A stretch of 38,459 nucleotides of DNA from Candidatus Bathyarchaeota archaeon. Lineage in GTDB: Archaea > Thermoproteota > Bathyarchaeia > Bathyarchaeales > Bathycorpusculaceae. The notes under the pieces are model-generated. The model had not been told where the DNA came from. It searched no databases and saw only the letters and a list, made by a program, of their open reading frames with translations. Positions 35,026 to 38,459 of this stretch are shown one piece after another; position 1 is the stretch's first letter; every line of letters begins with the position of its first letter. The stretch covers positions 1 through 38,459 of the forward strand of contig JAOAIV010000001.1 in assembly GCA_026414525.1 (NCBI GenBank). The letters run 5' to 3'. Position numbers and translations under genes: made by a program.

Positions 35026-36237
35026 GTGGTGCGCATAAAAATCACAAAACGTGCAAAATCAGTTGAGTATGCAATACGCGATGTGGTAATTAACGCGGGA
35101 TCACTTGCAACCACAGGCAGAAAAATTTTCTACTTAAACATAGGCGACCCTGTGGCATTTGATTTTCCCACGCCGCCACATATTAAACAAGCCCTTTGCG
35201 AGGCAATTCAGTCGGAAAAGAACTATTACGCGCCCTCAGAAGGGCTACCTGAACTGAGGCAAGCTATAGCCGAAAAGGAGAAAAAAGTAAACGGCGTGGA
35301 CATAACTGCGGAAAATGTCTTAGTTACTTCTGGCGTCTCCGAAGGAATACGGATGGTTATATCGGCGCTGATAGAGAAAGGAGACGAAATCCTTGTTCCC
35401 GGACCCGCATATCCCCCATACATTTCCTATGCGAAGGCTTACTACGGAACGCCCGTCACATACGAAACGATAGAGGAGGAAAACTGGCAGCCGAACATTG
35501 ATGATCTGCGTAGGAAAATCTCGAAAAAGACCCGCGCTATAGTGATAATTAACCCAAATAACCCTACAGGAGCGCTTTATAGAAGAAAAGTGGTTAAGCA
35601 GATACTAGACGTTGCAGGCGAACATGACCTGCTGGTTATATCCGATGAGATCTATGATCAGATAAGATACATTGAAGAGTACGAAAGCACCGCCCGCTTG
35701 GCCAAAGACCTGCCAGTAGTAGGCTTGAATGGATTCTCAAAAGTGTACCTCATGACAGGCTGGCGGCTTGGCTACATATATTTCTACGATCAAAACGGCG
35801 AATTGAAGGAGTTAAAAGAAAGCATAGAAAAAGAGCAGCGCATAAGAATCTGCGCCAACACGCCCGTCCAGGTTGCAGGTGTAGCCGCGCTGAAGGGCCC
35901 GCAAGATCACGTGAAAGATCTGGTTGAAAGACTGCGGGTAAGACGAGACTACGCGTGGAAGAGACTCAATGAGATTGAGGGCGTAAGCTGCGCGAAACCT
36001 GACGGCGCATTCTACGTGTTCCCAAAGATCCACGGTGTTGGCTCAAGATGGGAGACAGACATGGAGTTCGCCGTTGAGCTTTTAAAGGCGACAGGTGTTC
36101 TGCTAGTGCATGGTTCAGGCTTTGACCCCGCTTATGGCGCTGGGCACGTGCGTATAGTGTTCCTTCCGCCAATCGCGACATTGGAGCAAGCGTTCAACGA
36201 ATTAGAAAAATTCGTGAAAAGCAAACAAAAATGCTAA
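35026..36237 (+). CDS. Class I PLP aminotransferase, alanine aminotransferase-like
   Basis: KRAKSVEYAIRDV, LNIGDP, NPNNPTGALY and SKVYLMTGWRLGY (PLP-Lys) closely resemble archaeal AlaAT. GTG start. Confidence 0.9.
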   Translation: MVRIKITKRAKSVEYAIRDVVINAGSLATTGRKIFYLNIGDPVAFDFPTPPHIKQALCEAIQSEKNYYAPSEGLPELRQAIAEKEKKVNGVDITAENVLVTSGVSEGIRMVISALIEKGDEILVPGPAYPPYISYAKAYYGTPVTYETIEEENWQPNIDDLRRKISKKTRAIVIINPNNPTGALYRRKVVKQILDVAGEHDLLVISDEIYDQIRYIEEYESTARLAKDLPVVGLNGFSKVYLMTGWRLGYIYFYDQNGELKELKESIEKEQRIRICANTPVQVAGVAALKGPQDHVKDLVERLRVRRDYAWKRLNEIEGVSCAKPDGAFYVFPKIHGVGSRWETDMEFAVELLKATGVLLVHGSGFDPAYGAGHVRIVFLPPIATLEQAFNELEKFVKSKQKC

Positions 36238-36250
36238 TGCCACTTTAGCT

Positions 36251-37141
36251 TTACGGGTAAATCGGCACGCCTTCCGCTGGATCAACAATTGCTTTCTGGA
36301 AGGCGTCCATTAGCTTTTTCGTGACAGGTCCTGGTTTTCCATCTCCTATTTGCCGCTTGTTCACTTCTCGAATAGGCACAATCTCTGCTGCGGTTCCCGT
36401 GAAGAATGCCTCGTCCGCAGTGAACAGCTGGAATGGCGTAATATTGCACTCGGTTACTTCATAGCCCAATTTTCTGGCGAGTTTGATTACTAACTGGGCT
36501 GTGATGCCCGCTAAGGCGCCGGTGCTGGTTGGCGGCGTGAAGATTTTGCCGTCTTTTACTATGAATAGGTTTTCGCCTACTCCCTCAGCTATGACGCCGT
36601 TTTTGTCCAAGCATATTGCTTCGTCAGCACCGCTTGCAGTAGCTTCTATTTTGCCTAGCACGCTGTTGAGGTAGTTCAGCGATTTTATCTCATGTGTGGC
36701 TGCGTCCACCGCGTTTCGCCTGACCCAGCTGATCATGGCGGAGATGCCTTTCTCTTTGGCCTCCTTTGACATTATTGAAATTGAGTCGGTTATGATAATG
36801 ACGGAGGGCTTAGGGCATTTCCGCGGATCCAAGCCCAAGTCGCCTACGCCACGAGTGACTACAAGGCGTATGTAGGCGTCTTTCAGATTGTTTCTGCGTA
36901 GCGTTTCAATAACTGCCTTTATCATTTCTTCCTTTGTCAAGGGTATTTTGAGCATTATGGCGTGGGCTGAGCGGTACAAGCGGTCTACATGCTCCTTTAG
37001 TTTGAAGACGATGCCGTTGTAGGCGCGGATTCCTTCGAACACACCGTCGCCGTAAAGTAGACCGTGGTCGTAAACAGAAATTTTGGCTTGAGATTTCGGG
37101 TAGTAAACGCCGTCTATGTAGACTTGTAGTTCCCTATCCAT
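36251..37141 (-). CDS. ilvE: Branched-chain amino acid aminotransferase (fold type IV)
   Basis: [29 protein letters not shown] and [12 protein letters not shown]. The ATG at 37141 has a GAAGTGA SD, and A/T-rich TATA-like elements lie upstream. The ORF track starts at the TTG at 37201. Confidence 0.9.
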   Translation of the reverse strand: MDRELQVYIDGVYYPKSQAKISVYDHGLLYGDGVFEGIRAYNGIVFKLKEHVDRLYRSAHAIMLKIPLTKEEMIKAVIETLRRNNLKDAYIRLVVTRGVGDLGLDPRKCPKPSVIIITDSISIMSKEAKEKGISAMISWVRRNAVDAATHEIKSLNYLNSVLGKIEATASGADEAICLDKNGVIAEGVGENLFIVKDGKIFTPPTSTGALAGITAQLVIKLARKLGYEVTECNITPFQLFTADEAFFTGTAAEIVPIREVNKRQIGDGKPGPVTKKLMDAFQKAIVDPAEGVPIYP

Positions 37142-37221
37142 AGTCTTCACTTCAGTATTGGCGCTTTTATTGTAAGTATCATTTGATATATTTTTTGGCA
37201 ATGATTTATATGCTTCATGTA

Positions 37222-38459
37222 TCAGCCGTAGAACTGCGGGCGCCTAGAGAGGCGCACAGGCAAGGGCAGTGGCTTAAAAGGTTTGCCCTCGAGTTTACCG
37301 GTGATCTTTGCTATTAACTCCTCAAGCTTCAAGTTTTGTACTTTGCCATGGGCTTCCCGGTCTCGAACCGCAAGAACGCCTGACTCAAGTTCCCTCTGAC
37401 CCACAACGATGATGTAAGGAACCCACTCCATTTCTGCCTCGCGGATTTTCTTCTGCAGCGTGAAAGCGCGGTCATCGATGTCTACACGTATGTTATGCTG
37501 GGATATTTTGCGGGCGATCTCCTCGACTTTCTCCGTGAAGCTGTCGGATAATGGTATTAACCTTACTTGTGTAGGCGACAGCCATAGTGGAAGCATTGGC
37601 GGTTTGCCGTTTTGCTGTTCTCTGTATGCTTTTTCCAGCAGTGCGTACACGCATCTTTCGATGGCGCCGCTGGGTGAGCAATGCAGAATTAGCGGATGCT
37701 GCTTTTCGCCTTTCTCGTCCACGTAGGTTATCTCGTATCTCTTTGCGTTTTCAACATCTATCTGATCAGTGGAAAGCGCCGCCGCCTTGTCCTGATTGTC
37801 CACGAAGTTAGCGTCCCATTTCAACGCGAAGTAAAAGAAGCGCTCCGTCCACATTTCCACCAGCATGGGTTTGCCGAAAATTTTGGCTAACTCCGCAATG
37901 AACTCCTTGTTTTCCTCGTAAAAGTCCCTTGTGAAGCGCATGGCAATCTCATAATCATCTTTGGATAAGCCTATGCTGCTCAAAACGCTTATGCAGAGGT
38001 TAAAGCGCTTCGTAAACTCCTGCTTCGCTTGCTCCAAATCCGCACAGAAGGCATGGCAGTCAGGCATGGTGAACGCGCGGAGACGCTTTAAACCCACAAC
38101 TTCGCCGCTTTTTTCGCGTCTGAAACTGTAACGGGTTAGCTCGTAAACTTTAAGCGGCAGCTGCTTGTAGGAAAACTGCGCGTCATGCATCATCAGAAAC
38201 TGCCCGAAGCATGCGGCGAACCGCAAGAAGAGTTCTTTATCTTCTGTTTTCAGCAAGTACTGACGCGCGGGAAAACGATTCAGATAATTCGCTAGGCTGG
38301 GATGGTTAAAATCATACATGACGGGCGTTTCAACCTCCATAGCGCCGTAGGCAATCATCTCCGAGGTCACAAACTGCTCCAGCAGCGACTTGATTAAGCG
38401 CCCTTTCGGGTACCAGCGAATATTGCCGGGGTCGCTGCCCTGCTCATAGTCTGCTATCT
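37222..38459 (-). CDS. thrS: Threonyl-tRNA synthetase, catalytic plus anticodon-binding domains (5' end beyond the window)
   Basis: [26 protein letters not shown] and a C-terminal anticodon-binding domain. The frame stays open upstream of the track start (…[19 protein letters not shown]) to the window edge. Confidence 0.9.
   Translation of the reverse strand, partial: IADYEQGSDPGNIRWYPKGRLIKSLLEQFVTSEMIAYGAMEVETPVMYDFNHPSLANYLNRFPARQYLLKTEDKELFLRFAACFGQFLMMHDAQFSYKQLPLKVYELTRYSFRREKSGEVVGLKRLRAFTMPDCHAFCADLEQAKQEFTKRFNLCISVLSSIGLSKDDYEIAMRFTRDFYEENKEFIAELAKIFGKPMLVEMWTERFFYFALKWDANFVDNQDKAAALSTDQIDVENAKRYEITYVDEKGEKQHPLILHCSPSGAIERCVYALLEKAYREQQNGKPPMLPLWLSPTQVRLIPLSDSFTEKVEEIARKISQHNIRVDIDDRAFTLQKKIREAEMEWVPYIIVVGQRELESGVLAVRDREAHGKVQNLKLEELIAKITGKLEGKPFKPLPLPVRLSRRPQFYG

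Noticed and set aside
1-38459. Search for tRNA, rRNA, CRISPR repeats, IS elements, inteins (in nrdJ and topA) and in-frame recoding (Sec/Pyl).
   Set aside because: I found no T-arm/acceptor-like sequences, no regularly spaced repeats, and no transposase or integrase ORFs. nrdJ and topA have uninterrupted family-length sequences. This was a by-eye scan only, and tRNAscan-SE and Infernal would be decisive.

Overview
This is an archaeal chromosomal segment, densely coding on both strands, with about 40 genes and short spacers. I recognised no rRNA, tRNA, CRISPR array or mobile element. Archaeal identity rests on ribosomal proteins S17e and S6e, CDP-archaeol synthase, AglB oligosaccharyltransferase, RadB, CTP-dependent riboflavin kinase, Fae-Hps, archaeal-type ProRS/ThrRS and Shine-Dalgarno (SD) motifs of the GGAGGTGA type. 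Aldehyde:ferredoxin oxidoreductase, ADP-forming acyl-CoA synthetase alpha, rubrerythrin, rubredoxin, Fe/Mn SOD and a B12-dependent class II RNR suggest an anaerobic or microaerotolerant, probably uncultivated archaeon. I cannot assign a lineage from sequence alone. Most of the window is ordinary core genome, and I found no obvious multi-gene novel system such as a defence island. Non-ATG starts are frequent: TTG for S17e, RadB, AglB and the 16839 ORF, and GTG for TopA and AlaAT. Points worth a second look: (1) Two glycosylation genes have conserved N-terminal motifs upstream of every ATG/GTG/TTG and appear to start at SD-preceded CTG codons. One of them, a GT4 GlcNAc-1-P transferase homolog, sits in frame directly after the aglB stop, lacks TM1 and has a GD->GN change. 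(2) A nucleotide-sugar dehydrogenase paralog has lost essentially all catalytic and NAD motifs and is translationally coupled (ATGA overlap) to a Gfo/Idh/MocA oxidoreductase. (3) The Fae-Hps enzyme carries a 75-aa N-terminal helix-turn-helix extension behind a perfectly palindromic TATA element. (4) A GC-rich structured leader with an anti-SD element precedes queT. (5) A canonical 53-aa rubredoxin is missing from the ORF track. (6) An exact 19-nt direct repeat occurs in two intergenic regions.
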